Made by a program: the position numbers and the translations under genes. The notes below the pieces were generated by a model, which did not search any database, had not been told where the DNA came from, and worked only from the letters and a program-made list of their open reading frames with translations. A stretch of DNA of 62,948 nt, counting the filler, from Octopus bimaculoides (lineage: Eukaryota): assembly GCF_001194135.2 (NCBI RefSeq). It is 10 parts of 10 records of this genome, joined end to end, with 100 filler letters (N's around TTAATTAATTAA, not from the genome) between each part and the next. Parts side by side here need not be neighbours in the genome. Positions count along the whole stretch, not along the records: positions 1 to 9,744 come from NC_068994.1; positions 9,845 to 22,238 come from NC_068985.1; 8 more parts are not named here. The stretch is one strand, 5' to 3'. Below, piece by piece: positions 1-14,373 of this stretch; position 1 is the stretch's first letter; each line of letters begins with the position of its first letter.

Positions 1-1109
1 TATTTTTATTCTTATTATTATTTCAACGCTTCTACTAAAATTCGAACTTGCGATATAGAGGTTTACAACTCAGTTATTGAATTAACCATAATTAATCTAA
101 GCAACAGCAGCAGCCCTTAATAAATGAAACAATTAGTTGGTTGTTGGTGGTTGTTGTTGTAGTTATGGCGTTGTTGCCGGTGGTGGCGGCTGTGGTGATT
201 GTTATTTGCTCTCAAGTCTGTTCCCCACTGCCTCCCTCTTCATCGAGCTGGCCCATGACCGAACATGCTCCACCATAACTATTTCCTACTTTTTTTTTTT
301 TTTTACATCTACGACAATCTCTGATTACACTCTCTATGGAATTCAAACTTTCTTTTTTTTTTAAGCAAGAGAGTGGAATTTCAAGGGTGATTTAGCTGCT
401 ATTTAAAGTCTCGTGACTGCCTAGAAAGGTTATGCGCAACCTACTGCACCCAGCCACGTGTGACTCTTTACGTTTTATGCGTAAACGGTCGCATTTCAAG
501 ATCTCAAGTTTCGTTTCCTTCTCTCTCATTCCCTCTCGCCATCTCCCACTCAAATCTTTATAATTTGCCAACTTTAGTACACGGTGTAACCTGTACTTTT
601 TGCGAAGTTTGTTAAATTACTCTTTCAACCGTGTGGCCCGTTACCAAAAAGGGCTTACCCAAGCCTGGCATAGAGAGGTTCTCTATATTTCTAATTTAGG
701 CAGAGAACAACCAGAGGTTTATATAGAGAGAGAACTGGGAAAAAAAACTATATTTTGAGGTATCTACTATTCCTCTACTGTCTGCATTTGCAGCGGTATT
801 GATTTACACTCCAAGCACGAAGTGAAACTGTATAGAAGGCTTGAAGCAGACATCTGGTCTTGCAGCATGCTTTCTATTATAATTCTTTTTGTCACTCTAG
901 AGCACATAAATGGAATCAACTGGTTTCGACCATGTGATCAAGGATGGCTATATATAAGCGAGTGGTACGTCTGACTGGCCTTTTAATCAAATATATTCAT
1001 GGAATTTCCGTAAAGAGAGATTTTAGAATCCTGCCAATAAACGCCCATAGTGGACTTCAGCTTACAAACTATATATTCACTCTGCCCCTATATATTCACC
1101 AACCCCTTT

Positions 1110-1450
1110 GTCTTAATTTCTTAGCCACATCGCCAAATATAATTAAAAAGGAACAGGGATGTCGTAAGGGTAAAATATTCATGTTTTGGGTTGGGAACGG
1201 AGGTGTCCATCGGCTTCCAATTTAGTTCATTTGGAGGGGGTTGAGGGAGTCTTAGGGCCATATGAAGGTAAATGCTAAAGATGCTATAAAACCGGGACTT
1301 AGGAAGCCCGTGGACCTATTTGTCGTAAAAATATTTTTTATATTTCTTCATATTATGATGAGCGGTGAAGGTTGCTTCTTCGGCACAGAAGTCGGACTTG
1401 AAGAGACCAAAATATGGCCAAGAGTGTTTACTACCTCCCGATCTAACATA
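1110..1450 (-). mobile_element. Possible LINE C-terminal remnant
   Basis: GC above background. Minus-strand LTTSLFLFNYIWRC weakly resembles an L1/Tx1 C-terminus. Confidence 0.2.
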
Positions 1451-2503
1451 GCGTAACAATGATACAATCGGAAAAGAAAACCCGCTTCTTCCATTACTGT
1501 TGTAAAAAGAAGAAATAGAATTGAGTAAAGTAGAGAGCGTAGGGGTAACAGATGGTCAGCATGACGCCATCAAACTCAGTACAAGTTCAACATTTTGAGA
1601 GCGAAAGCGTTCAAATTGAAGCCAATCGCATTTGACAGCTTAACCTTCGGAGGTTTTTTTGCCCAAGAAAATTAGGTCGTGTTTTTTTTTTAGCACAGAG
1701 TCAGCGTTTGGTTACTGAGAAACGATAGTTCAAGAAAGAGTTTTCCAAAATCGAGGTGCGTCATATTAGCTCGTGAGTCTATATAAAAAAAGATGTCCCT
1801 TTATAAAATCTTCCACAGGCATCTCTACTGAATTTTTACAAAATCTAATAGCTGTGTGTTTTTATTCGTTTTAGCAGATATTCTTTTCAGTGTGAAAATT
1901 ACTAAATCTTAAAAAAAAAATCATTTGAAAACAAGAAAAGAAAAAATGCTGAGGCGTTTTCTTTTTGTTTTTTAATTAAAAAAAAGGCGTTACGTAAATA
2001 ATATGGTTTTGCTCTGCCGTCGAAAACTATGATCAGTTCTCGTTATTTCTAGGCGATTCTCATTTCTGGGGATGGGGTTGGCAAGATAGAAACATACTAA
2101 CATTGATGCCTACCAATAATCTAAAACGGTTAAATTCTTCCCCACATTCTACTTCTTTCTTTTCTATTTTATGTACTTTATTTAATATTATTTTAAATCT
2201 GATTTATTCTTTCTTTTAGCTCATGAGCCAAACACGTTATCTCAAAGACGAAATTAAACAGAACTTTTAATTGTATATAGTTCCGGTGTGTGTCTTTCGG
2301 AAGAGATTCATCTTCGTAGATTCTTATATAAAATCGGATGTGTTACTACTTAGCTGCATGTTCGTGTCAAAACAGAGCTGCAACCAAAGGCATCCCAACT
2401 ATGACTGTCCCATCTGCTGGAGGGTGTGTAGGACTACAAACGTAACCTTCCCTTCAATTATCATTCGATGGGCTCTCCAGCCGAACAGCAGCGTATTACC
2501 AGC

Positions 2504-2547
<44 letters not shown>

Positions 2548-3232
2548 CCATAGAACAGAGGTCCTCTACTAAAACAGTATATTATTGGTACTTCTAGATA
2601 AGAAAATTAGCCAATTGAATGGAAGGGGGCTCTATCCAAATGATATAATCATTGCTACCATATTTTTATTGACTTTGGAGTGGAAGATGAATGGTAAAGT
2701 CGAAACAACATGGCGTATTTTAAACGCGGGACACAAAACAACCAAAAGAGATTTTAAATATATATACGTAAATTAGTCGATTCGTTCTATCATCTTCTAT
2801 CAACTTACCGCCATATTTTAGGTAATATTTCAATACATTGTTGTTGAAGCACACTATCGATAAGATAGATTTAAATCGGGAGCCAGTTCTTCTTATATCA
2901 CGTGTTAACGTCTTCTAGCGACTTTCCGTTGCGAATTTCTTATGTGAAAATATATCACCAACTCAGCTAAACAAGCAGATCTCTGAAACAAACATGACAG
3001 CAACGCTTTGCATTAATTACTGATGAAAGTCAACGAATTCAAAACAACATCGTAGAGTTGCTTGCGCGTGGTTGTATGATAAGCATCGGACACCTTTATG
3101 GCTGCCTTATTTATCTAACAAATTTAATTAATTAATTTACAATAAGTGATGGATATAAACCTTTAAGTATATATGATTTAGACTAATCTTTACTTCGACA
3201 ACCCTTTACAGAATCGAGTACTCAAATACACA

Positions 3233-3278
<46 letters not shown>

Positions 3279-3599
3279 CATGCACACTGACATACATATA
3301 AAGAACAGAAGAATATACTCAGAGACATAATAGCAAAGTGGGTGATAAACCGTATCAAGCCGAGTACTTTTAATTGATTAAAGTTGTTGGTTCGAAGCTG
3401 ATAACTTATTTTGTTGTATCTTGCTTTGTGGGTGGTTTCTCACTTGAAGCAATGCACACAGCTGTGTGAAAGTCGGAGTAGCTACAGAGTAAATTGCAAC
3501 GAGTAAATAAACTCTACATATAATTTATATATTTAGACTCTCTCCTTTCTATAGTCTGCCTGATATACAAGGACACACGCATATATACACACGCATGCA

Positions 3600-3630
<31 letters not shown>

Positions 3631-4944
3631 CATTCCTCTGCAAGTATATACTTCCATATATGCATGTACACACATTCGCACACACATATATGCATATATA
3701 TGTGTGCATGTGTGTGTGAGTGTGTGTATGTGTGTGTGTGGTGATACGGGAGTTGTAAGACATATTTTACATATTGCAGACATAGTCCGACAGAGAACTC
3801 AATACAGTGGATGTATGTGTATTAAATCAAAAGTTGAGTATCGGTCTCCTCCGAGATTCACCCTAGGCGGAGCTGTCCACGGCCATCGTGAATAGCCCCC
3901 GCCACGAGGCGAAAATTTGAGTAAACTATCGTCATCTTTTGATATAATAAACATATATTACAAAAAAAAAAAAAAGCAAGGCTGGAAGTAGACGCAGGCC
4001 GGATATAAAACATGGGCCTTATTTTTCAAAACAAAACCCCACAAAACAGCTGTTTTTTTAAGTATTTCAGTACAAGTAAATCATAGGTTTGCTTGTGGTG
4101 TATATGATAGACATACAAGGAACAGAACAGAACGAGAGAACTAGAACGATTCAGAAGAGAAAGAAGAATAAATGGTAATTCCTTACCAAAGTCTGATTTC
4201 TTTGATTCTAACAGGTGGAGTAGGCCACTTCAAAATCAATANNNNNNNNNNNNNNNNNNNNNNNNNNNNNNNNNNNNNNNNNNNNNNNNNNNNNNNNNNN
4301 NNNNNNNNNNNNNNNNNNNNNNNNNNNNNNNNNNNNNNNNNNNNNNNNNNNNNNNNNNNNNNNNNNNNNNNNNNNNNNNNNNNNNNNNNNNNNNNNNNNN
4401 NNNNNNNNNNNNNNNNNNNNNNNNNNNNNNNNNNNNNNNNNNNNNNNNNNNNNNNNNNNNNNNNNNNNNNNNNNNNNNNNNNNNNNNNNNNNNNNNNNNN
4501 NNNNNNNNNNNNNNNNNNNNNNNNNNNNNNNNNNNNNNNNNNNNNNNNNNNNNNNNNNNNNNNNNNNNNNNNNNNNNNNNNNNNNNNNNNNNNNNNNNNN
4601 NNNNNNNNNNNNNNNNNNNNNNNNNNNNNNNNNNNNNNNNNNNNNNNNNNNNNNNNNNNNNNNNNNNNNNNNNNNNNNNNNNNNNNNNNNNNNNNNNNNN
4701 NNNNNNNNNNNNNNNNNNNNNNNNNNNNNNNNNNNNNNNNNNNNNNNNNNNNNNNNNNNNNNNNNNNNNNNNNNNNNNNNNNNNNNNNNNNNNNNNNNNN
4801 NNNNNNNNNNNNNNNNNNNNNNNNNNNNNNNNNNNNNTATTAATAATAAAAATAAAAGATTGAAAATTGAAAAAAAAAACATTTTTATTATAATTTAAAC
4901 GTGAATATGTCTGTAGGTAATGTGTATTTCGGCATGTGTCATTG

Positions 4945-5050
4945 TATACAAATAATAATAATGATAATAATAATAATACTATTAATAATAATAATAATAC
5001 TATTAATGATAATATTAATAATAAAAATAATAATGATAATAATAATAATA
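4945..5050. repeat. Degenerate (AAT)n microsatellite
   Basis: Seen directly. Confidence 0.9.
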
Positions 5051-5059
5051 ATGTTTTAA

Positions 5060-5262
5060 AATTTTGGTACAGGGCCATCAGTTTTCGAGGGGAGGGGAAA
5101 GTCGATTTTAACGACCCCAGTATTTGACTGGTACTTTATTTTATCGATTTCGGGAGAACGAAAGGTAAAGTCGACCTCTGCGGAATTTGAATTCAGAACG
5201 TAAAGAGCCGAAAGAAATGGTGCTAAACATTTTGTTCGACGCACCAACGCTAGATTACCGCC
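5060..5262 (-). mobile_element. SINE family A
   Basis: Core gaaagg.aaagtcgacct..gcggaatttgaa.tcagaac shared with other copies in the window. Confidence 0.8.
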
Positions 5263-5287
5263 TTGACATTCCAGAATGAGAATAAAT

Positions 5288-5289
5288 AA

Positions 5290-5342
<53 letters not shown>

Positions 5343-5400
5343 TAATAATAATAGTAATAATAATAACGATGATGATGATGATGATGGCGTTGATGATGAC

Positions 5401-5437
<37 letters not shown>
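5288..5437. repeat. Compound (AAT)n-(GAT)n microsatellite
   Basis: Seen directly. Confidence 0.92.
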
Positions 5438-6468
5438 GCATGGGACTGGTGGGAAAATTCCGTTGGGATTGATCCGCTGACGTCATCATTCCGATATCCT
5501 TCGTATTACATGACAAATGAGAAAAAATGCAGGGAAAACATTTGTTACGAAAGAATTGAAAAAAAAAAAATAATGATTTCAAAACGGTAAAATTTGACAA
5601 ATTAATGAGGTCAACATATGCATGTATATAAATGTATGTATATATGTGTGTGTATGTGTGTATGTGTGTGTGTGTGCGTGTGTATGTATATATATATATA
5701 TATATATATATTTAAGCGGCCATCACGGCAACATATATTTCCGTTTGAAACAGAGCCAAAGTTTGAAGTTCTGCGAGATATGCTACCAAGAAGCACAGCA
5801 GAAACTCCGGGTAAACTTACCACCGTAGAACGCAGTATAGAAAGAGTACAGTGCAGTACCGTCTACTCACAATTCAGATATTGCAGCACTGAGTGACGAT
5901 ACAGATGTAGTAGACAACACACACACACTCGCACACGCACATACATACATATATATAAATATATATATATATATNNNNNNNNNNNNNNNNNNNNNNNNNN
6001 NNNNNNNNNNNNNNNNNNNNNNNNNNNNNNNNNNNNNNNNNNNNNNNNNNNNNNNNNNNNNNNNNNNNNNNNNNNNNNNNNNNNNNNNNNNNNNNNNNNN
6101 NNNNNNNNNNNNNNNNNNNNNNNNNNNNNNNNNNNNNNNNNNNNNNNNNNNNNNNNNNNNNNNNNNNNNNNNNNNNNNNNNNNNNNNNNNNNNNNNNNNN
6201 NNNNNNNNNNNNNNNNNNNNNNNNNNNNNNNNNNNNNNNNNNNNNNNNNNNNNNNNNNNNNNNNNNNNNNNNNNNNNNNNNNNNNNNNNNNNNNNNNNNN
6301 NNNNNNNNNNNNNNNNNNNNNNNNNNNNNNNNNNNNNNNNNNNNNNNNNNNNNNNNNNNNNNNNNNNNNNNNNNNNNNNNNNNNNNNNNNNNNNNNNNNN
6401 NNNNNNNNNNNNNNNNNNNNNNNNNNNNNNNNNNNNNNNNNNNNNNNNNNNNNNNNNNNNNNNNNNNN

Positions 6469-6613
6469 ATATATATACACATACACACATATATATGTGT
6501 ATATATATATATATATATATACTATGTATATATACACATATATATATACACATATATATACACACATATATATATACATATATATACACATATATATATA
6601 CATATATATATAC

Positions 6614-6644
<31 letters not shown>

Positions 6645-6677
6645 CATGCACATATACATATACATACATATATATAT

Positions 6678-6747
<70 letters not shown>
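6469..6747. repeat. (AT)/(AC)/(ATAC) compound microsatellite tract
   Basis: Seen directly. Accounts for the YI/HT-repeat ORFs. Confidence 0.92.
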
Positions 6748-8124
6748 TACAGAAGACATTTTCGATATCATCCATTTCTATACGAGAGTTGGCGGTTATC
6801 TTTAAAAATATGGTTATGGTTATTAAAACATATTATTTATCAATGTGGGTATTAGAATATACACTGCAGTTATTTGAAGCGAAAAAAATCCTAGCATGGA
6901 GTGTGCTCTGGTATGGTTCGTGAAGGAATGACATAGCAACATGATGAGCCACCAAACAGTCAAGCCGACTGGACAGGGAGACTATTTTATTGACGAAGCA
7001 TTTGGATATCAGTTTCGCAATCGGTTTTTCCATTCGGTTCTTTGGAGAACGATCTCACGCTGATACTGCCTGTATCAGTCCACCAAACATAGTTTCCTGT
7101 TCTTACTGTCCTCGTGTCGAATGGAGTTTATACATACATACATACATACATATGTATGCATACACACGTATATATATGTATATGTATGCATGTTTGTATG
7201 TAACAGTGACCTCGTTCTATATACAAAAGCCTATATTGGTCACGATCCTGCACTACGCATTTCAAGATTCTTTATGAAGCAAGATCGCTTTGCGACAGTA
7301 ACTTTGCACTATACAGATTGAATATCGACCTTGAAACCACTTTTAGTAGGTTTCCATGAGGATAAAATGATAATTTACAACGCGGAGATTTTGTTTTTGA
7401 CACAGTAGAGGCCACGCAAAACAAGGGCCCGTGTTCTATGTATTTTATGCAAGAAGCATTGACTTGAATTGCAATCGAATTTCCAATCAGGAAATATCAA
7501 TATAGCGGGAACCTTAATCTTCAAAGACATTTTAATCCCATGTCTTCTATTTTCTTCATACAGTCTTCAACATTAAAAAGGTAATTACAGTCGCAGCTGA
7601 CTGCAAGAAACTTTTAAAAATGCCAAGACAGCAACAGTTTTCGAACTTCCTACTACAAAGGAAGGATTTCGAAGTGTGAAAAAAAAACCAAAAAATTGTA
7701 GCCACTTTTCCTCGACTTCTTTTTCATCATAGATCCCGATATGATTACTTCAAGAAGAGGACGAAAAGTAATAGCTATTGGTAAACTACTACAAAGATAT
7801 CTCGTAGTAGTAGTATCATTAGTTGTTATAGTAGTAATAGTAGTGAAACTCAATCAAATTGAGAGTGCAGGTCTCAGAGCCTACGTTTTGTAAAGTATTT
7901 AAGCATTCCATTATTTTGAAATACATTCGTTTTTCAAGTTATGACTTAGTTACCAAGTCGTTTTGTTCTACGTATAGAGTTTATATAAATATTCGTTTGT
8001 CTTAAGTTTCTGCCCAAGAATGTTGTTCCATTCTCATTTATGCTTATTTCCGGTGGTTCAGTTTAAATATTTCACAACTAATTACACGAACACACTCACG
8101 AACGTCAAGAGTATAAAGCAATAA

Positions 8125-8126
8125 TC

Positions 8127-8205
<79 letters not shown>

Positions 8206-8212
8206 TAATAAT
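8125..8212. repeat. (AAT)n microsatellite
   Basis: Seen directly. Confidence 0.92.
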
Positions 8213-9022
8213 ATGCGGTGTTTACTTTTTTAGAATGGAAGCCATATTTGATGAGCACAAATGGAAGTAAAAAGACACCACAAGGAATTTGAAGATTTTG
8301 GCTGTTCTTTTTTCTTTTCATTTTTTTTTGAAGATATATATATATGTATATATATTTTTTTTGACGAATATCAATATGTCTGAGGGGTANNNNNNNNNNN
8401 NNNNNNNNNNNNNNNNNNNNNNNNNNNNNNNNNNNNNNNNNNNNNNNNNNNNNNNNNNNNNNNNNNNNNNNNNNNNNNNNNNNNNNNNNNNNNNNNNNNN
8501 NNNNNNNNNNNNNNNNNNNNNNNNNNNNNNNNNNNNNNNNNNNNNNNNNNNNNNNNNNNNNNNNNNNNNNNNNNNNNNNNNNNNNNNNNNNNNNNNNNNN
8601 NNNNNNNNNNNNNNNNNNNNNNNNNNNNNNNNNNNNNNNNNNNNNNNNNNNNNNNNNNNNNNNNNNNNNNNNNNNNNNNNNNNNNNNNNNNNNNNNNNNN
8701 NNNNNNNNNNNNNNNNNNNNNNNNNNNNNNNNNNNNNNNNNNNNNNNNNNNNNNNNNNNNNNNNNNNNNNNNNNNNNNNNNNNNNNNNNNNNNNNNNNNN
8801 NNNNNNNNNNNNNNNNNNNNNNNNNNNNNNNNNNNNNNNNNNNNNNNNNNNNNNNNNNNNNNNNNNNNNNNNNNNNNNNNNNNNNNNNNNNNNNNNNNNN
8901 NNNNNNNNNNNNNNNNNNNNNNNNNNNNNNNNNNNNNNNNNNNNNNNNNNNNNNNNNNNNNNNNNNNNNNNNNNNNNNNNNNNNNNNNNNNNNNNNNNNN
9001 NNNNNNNNNNNNNNNNNNNNNN

Positions 9023-9059
<37 letters not shown>

Positions 9060-9669
9060 TATATACACACATATGCATACATATATGCACACACATATGT
9101 ATATACACAGATATACATACACTCATAGATATACAATATATATATATATATCATCACCCTTACTTAACCAAACTGTATAGATTTGATTAGGCTTGTGGAT
9201 GACAAAACAGAACGTTAAACACACACGCTCACACATTATATAATGCTGAAGGCTTAAAAGAAAGAAACGTCATGTCTGCAGAGATGCACACAAGATTGCC
9301 CTATCAGAATCCCCGCAAGAAGCTTTCCGGGTTGCCAGGTCACTAAATACATCTGTCCAAAGCAAGGAATGAGACCATAAGCTTTAGAGTAAATTCGAAA
9401 TCCAGCGGAAGTAAAAGATCATGTCCTTTTTTTTTTCTGCGTTTCTGTTCTTTTAGAAAACTTGCCTCGAGAAAGTAACGTTTTCATTGTTTCAAGGTCA
9501 AAAGAGAATAATACAGCACTCAAACCAAACGGAACACAGAATGTCTTTACTAAAAGGACAAGAATTTCTTCTTTTAAATACTAAGTTCTACTTCCTGACA
9601 TTGCAGCAACACATTTAAATTAAAGAGGACTTATATATACACATATACATACATATTTATATTCATATA

Positions 9670-9744
<75 letters not shown>

Positions 9745-9844
9745 NNNNNNNNNNNNNNNNNNNNNNNNNNNNNNNNNNNNNNNNNNNNTTAATTAATTAA
9801 NNNNNNNNNNNNNNNNNNNNNNNNNNNNNNNNNNNNNNNNNNNN
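9745..9844. other. Artificial 100-nt scaffolding join (first of nine)
   Basis: N44-TTAATTAATTAA-N44. Markers at 9789, 22283, 27203, 34873, 48579, 51282, 52892, 59433 and 61685. Confidence 0.95.
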
Positions 9845-9931
<87 letters not shown>

Positions 9932-10470
9932 AAGAAGAAGAAGAAGAAGAAGAAGAATGATAAATGCCCGGATGCAGTGCCAGGCAGTGGCTCTCATGGC
10001 TTCTGATCTTCACTGATTGGAGGTGTTATCATGTACATTGTTTTGTCTTGGTATAAAAGATAGGCTACAGCAAATATTCTGCTCAATACCACAGATTTGC
10101 TTGTCAGTTCTTTGACCTTAACCAGTTGGGCATGTCCCTTGGTGGCTGATGTTATGTGCATCTCTGATCATGAACAGAAGTAGTAGGAGAGCATCATAGC
10201 CATGTGTTGAGAGGAATTCTTTAGTGCTTGAATAATTCACCTTTGGAAACATGGGTGTTTTGCTCAACATCCTTAAACGGACCTTAATCAGGAACCGTTT
10301 GAGCGGGATGGGCTACTTAACTTGAAGGAAATTCTAACTCGGCTCCACCTGCAAGGTAATGCGATGTTTATTTTGATATGAGATCACCGTGTCGCGTACA
10401 TATGGTTGTGATGCATGTGCCTGGTGTACCATTATCAGACTGATAGTCATGATGGGTATATTGGGCTTTG
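9845..10470 (-). mobile_element. Retroposon family D with compound (AAT)n(AAG)n tail
   Basis: 9957-10280 is the reverse complement of 20680-21005. The tail lies at 9845-9957. Confidence 0.78.
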
Positions 10471-11528
10471 TGGACATCCTGTATACGGCAATAGCATTAA
10501 CACGACCAATGCTTTGATGGCAGTTGCAGGATGCCTAGACCTTGGGTCATCTCCAAGATTCTCCCTTCCCTTCCTAAATTAATGTAGCAAGCATAGCAGC
10601 AGGAATGTTTTGGGATAAAACCTATTTCCGCTGGTACTTTGACCACTTGAGTAGTCAGGTATCAGTTTACTTAACAAGAAATAACGTAGGTATCAGGGAA
10701 AATAATTGGAATTAATAACTGCAAGATTTAACAGCTGTAGCATCACTCATTCATCGTCAGCCTATGAACTTCTCAGCCCACTCTCAGACGTAGAGGCTTC
10801 GAAGAAATCGAAGCTGTTGATAATGGCTTTTGAAAAATCATGTGATGTTTGAATTTACAAATCGCTGGTGTAAATGAGGCGAAGAATGATAGATAAATAT
10901 ATACTGTAAGATAGTTATGTGTGATTGAAAAAATTAGAGACATTATATTAAAGCAATTAAAATAGACATGACGATTATATGTGGGTGTATAGTACAACCT
11001 GTATCAGTATGATATGTTATTAAGTACAAATTCCTCATTGAAAATCATTTTAAGATGCACAATAAATATATGCACGTTCACGCACATATATTGATATCTC
11101 GTCTGAATTGTTAAATAGTGTACTTTAGTTTTATTGTAGAAGAATATGTATTATTTCAATGTGAAAATGTGTGAATAAAGAAAGGATGGAAGAAATGCAT
11201 TTAGAATATGGTAAACTTTGGGAATTTAGATTAACTGAATTTAAGACCAGGAATTAAACTCTGCTCGCTATGACGTGAGATCGATAAATTCGTATATATT
11301 TTCTGTTGATTACTTTTAAAATTATAGAAATCGCAGCCGTTGTTGTACATTGTAATTATAAATAACCTTCACACCACAATTCGTCAGAAGTATCTCTTAG
11401 GATTTCTAATCAAGACACACGAACGCACAACACCACGCCTACACACATACACAAATACATGCACCCATGCGCACAAACATTCAAAAACACCCCCACAAAC
11501 ACGTTTTTGTACGTATAAATATGTATAG

Positions 11529-11602
<74 letters not shown>

Positions 11603-11642
11603 ATATTTATATATATATAAATACATACACACACACGCACAC

Positions 11643-11673
<31 letters not shown>

Positions 11674-11677
11674 ATTT

Positions 11678-12059
11678 TCTTCTTTTACTTCTTTCAGGAT
11701 TTTGACTGCGGCCATACTGGAGCACCGCCTTTCGTCGAGCAAATCGATCCCAGGACTTATTCTTTGTATGCTTAATACTTATTGTATCGATCTCTTTTGT
11801 CGAACCGCTAAGTTTCGACATATGCACACATATATATATATAATATAATATATATATATATATATATATATANNNNNNNNNNNNNNNNNNNNNNNNNNNN
11901 NNNNNNNNNNNNNNNNNNNNNNNNNNNNNNNNNNNNNNNNNNNNNNNNNNNNNNNNNNNNNNNNNNNNNNNNNNNNNNNNNNNNNNNNNNNNNNNNNNNN
12001 NNTGGACCCAGAACCATGTGGAAGGTAAGTAAGCTACTTACCACGTAGCCACTCCTGCG

Positions 12060-12061
<2 letters not shown>
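11678..12061 (-). mobile_element. SINE family B (interrupted by gap)
   Basis: Reverse complement of both ends of 18691-19100. Confidence 0.82.
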
Positions 12062-12107
<46 letters not shown>

Positions 12108-12125
12108 TCCATACTTACAACCCCC

Positions 12126-12158
<33 letters not shown>

Positions 12159-12768
12159 ATTAGGGGAAATTAGAAAATATTTCATCTATAAAAGCCAAGA
12201 CAACAAGGACGACAAACAATGAACGAACGTTCATATTTCTACGGATATCCACAGTTATATTTAACATATGTATTACCAATTTCCTGCTGCTGTGGAGAAA
12301 ATTTTGAAAAATATCCAAATCTGACGTTGCCGCGATTCATTAATAAACAACTTTCTTGCTTTCTAGACTGTTTCGGCGTTCTCATGCTTCTCGCAATATC
12401 TCACATACTTTCATGCGATGTAGACAAAAATGCGGACTACTGCTTGGAACGCATAACGAACTATAACGTATCTAGAACAAAGTTTGTTATTAAGCACCTG
12501 ATACATTTGCTACAAAGAAAGATATATTGTACAACTACCCTGAAAGTCAAGTCTATTTTCACATAGATAGAAGGTATCTATACATCATAACGCAAAGTAG
12601 CTATGGTAGGCTAAGCACCGTTATCAAGATAATATACTTCAATCATATTCTCAGAGATTCTCAAGTGCAACGCTGGTTGTTTCAGGGGAAACATTAAAGA
12701 TTAATAGAAGCCAGAAATCACACATGCACACACACGCACGCACAGAGAGAGAGAGAGAGGTACACACC

Positions 12769-12844
<76 letters not shown>

Positions 12845-13723
12845 GCAGTAAGAAAATGGATGGGACAGACATTGTGTTATGTCAATTTACCTGTTTATTT
12901 TTTAAAGAAGAGGACACAAAAACCATAATCAAACACATGTGACATATTATGTCATATCAGTAATTAAAACGAACATCTATAGACCGAAGATGGGATAATG
13001 TCTTACAGCTGTTTCAGTGTAGTGGGACATGTCTCATTCTATCTTTATCACTCCAGTAGGCTGAAGTAATTATTGGTATATAAATTAAGGGTAAAATATC
13101 CTTTTACCCGCAAACATTGATTGCACTTGGTAAAAACTCTAGTGTAATAATAATTGTATATCCTTCCAGCAGTAAATTGGATAAATATCAACCCTTAGTG
13201 GGTTGGATTCACAACTCATAACTTTCTTAGATTACATATATATATATATATATAATTGCAGTGTGAAAGGTGTTTATAAGCCATTTAAGAAACACGCAAA
13301 TACCGTTAGATTCACTTCAACATTTAAATTTAATTTGCCCAAATATATTCGTCGCTTTCAGACCGCGACTTGTATCACAGAGTTTTCGTTCAAAGGGCAT
13401 AGAAAGCAAAGTTAGAGAGGTGAATATAACTGTAGAGAAAAAGTTGGAAGAANNNNNNNNNNNNNNNNNNNNNNNNNNNNNNNNNNNNNNNNNNNNNNNN
13501 NNNNNNNNNNNNNNNNNNNNNNNNNNNNNNNNNNNNNNNNNNNNNNNNNNNNNNNNNNNNNNNNNNNNNNNNNNNNNNNNNNNNNNNNNNNNNNNNNNNN
13601 NNNNNNNNNNNNNNNNNNNNNNNNNNNNNNNNNNNNNNNNNNNNNNNNNNNNNNNNNNNNNNNNNNNNNNNNNNNNNNNNNNNNNNNNNNNNNNNNNNNN
13701 NNNNNNNNNNNNNNNNNNNNNNN

Positions 13724-13782
<59 letters not shown>

Positions 13783-14124
13783 CAGTGATAGGAAAATGGA
13801 GTAGTATCTGAACTGGATTGTGTGGAGACAAGCGAAAGCGAGTCAAGTGGATGATCAGTTATTTTCGGTCAGTGAGGAGAAATTTGTATTCTCATAAGGA
13901 TGGTAGTTGCTATTTAAATTAAAAATCTGGAGTAGAGGAATGGGGAGGCAGAAGAGTAGTAATAGCCTGAATCTAAGAATAAATGATAGTGCGTATTGTT
14001 GCTCACGTGTGTGTATATTGTGCGTATGTAGGGTCTAGTGAAGGTCCACGCGTGCGTTTCTGCTTTTATGTTGTGCATTTTGAAGGAGACGGGTGTGGCG
14101 GGAGAAAATTGAAGAAAATAAACA

Positions 14125-14280
14125 AGGCGTCGCTGTGTAGTAAGAAACTTGCTTCCCGACCACATGATTCCGGGTTCTGTACCACTCTTTGGCAACACGA
14201 GCAAGTGTCTTCTGCTATAACTTCTGGTTGACCAGTCTATTGAGCGGATTTGGTAGATGGAAACTGAAAGAAGCCCCCTA
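14125..14280 (+). mobile_element. SINE family B, 5' half
   Basis: Diverged match to 18691-18850. Confidence 0.75.
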
Positions 14281-14320
14281 GTTTGGCTGTTAAATTCTCT
14301 GAAGACTGTCAGAGTGATGT

Positions 14321-14373
14321 AGAAACCACTGATGAGTACCCATTAAGGTTCGAAATCGATTAAAGTTGTTTCT
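14321..14373 (+). ncRNA. Candidate minimal hammerhead motif adjoining PLE end
   Basis: CUGAUGA (14329) G-UACC-cauuaa-GGUU-C GAAA UCGA UU. Palindromic stem III, weak stem I (agaaac/guuucu). Confidence 0.4.
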
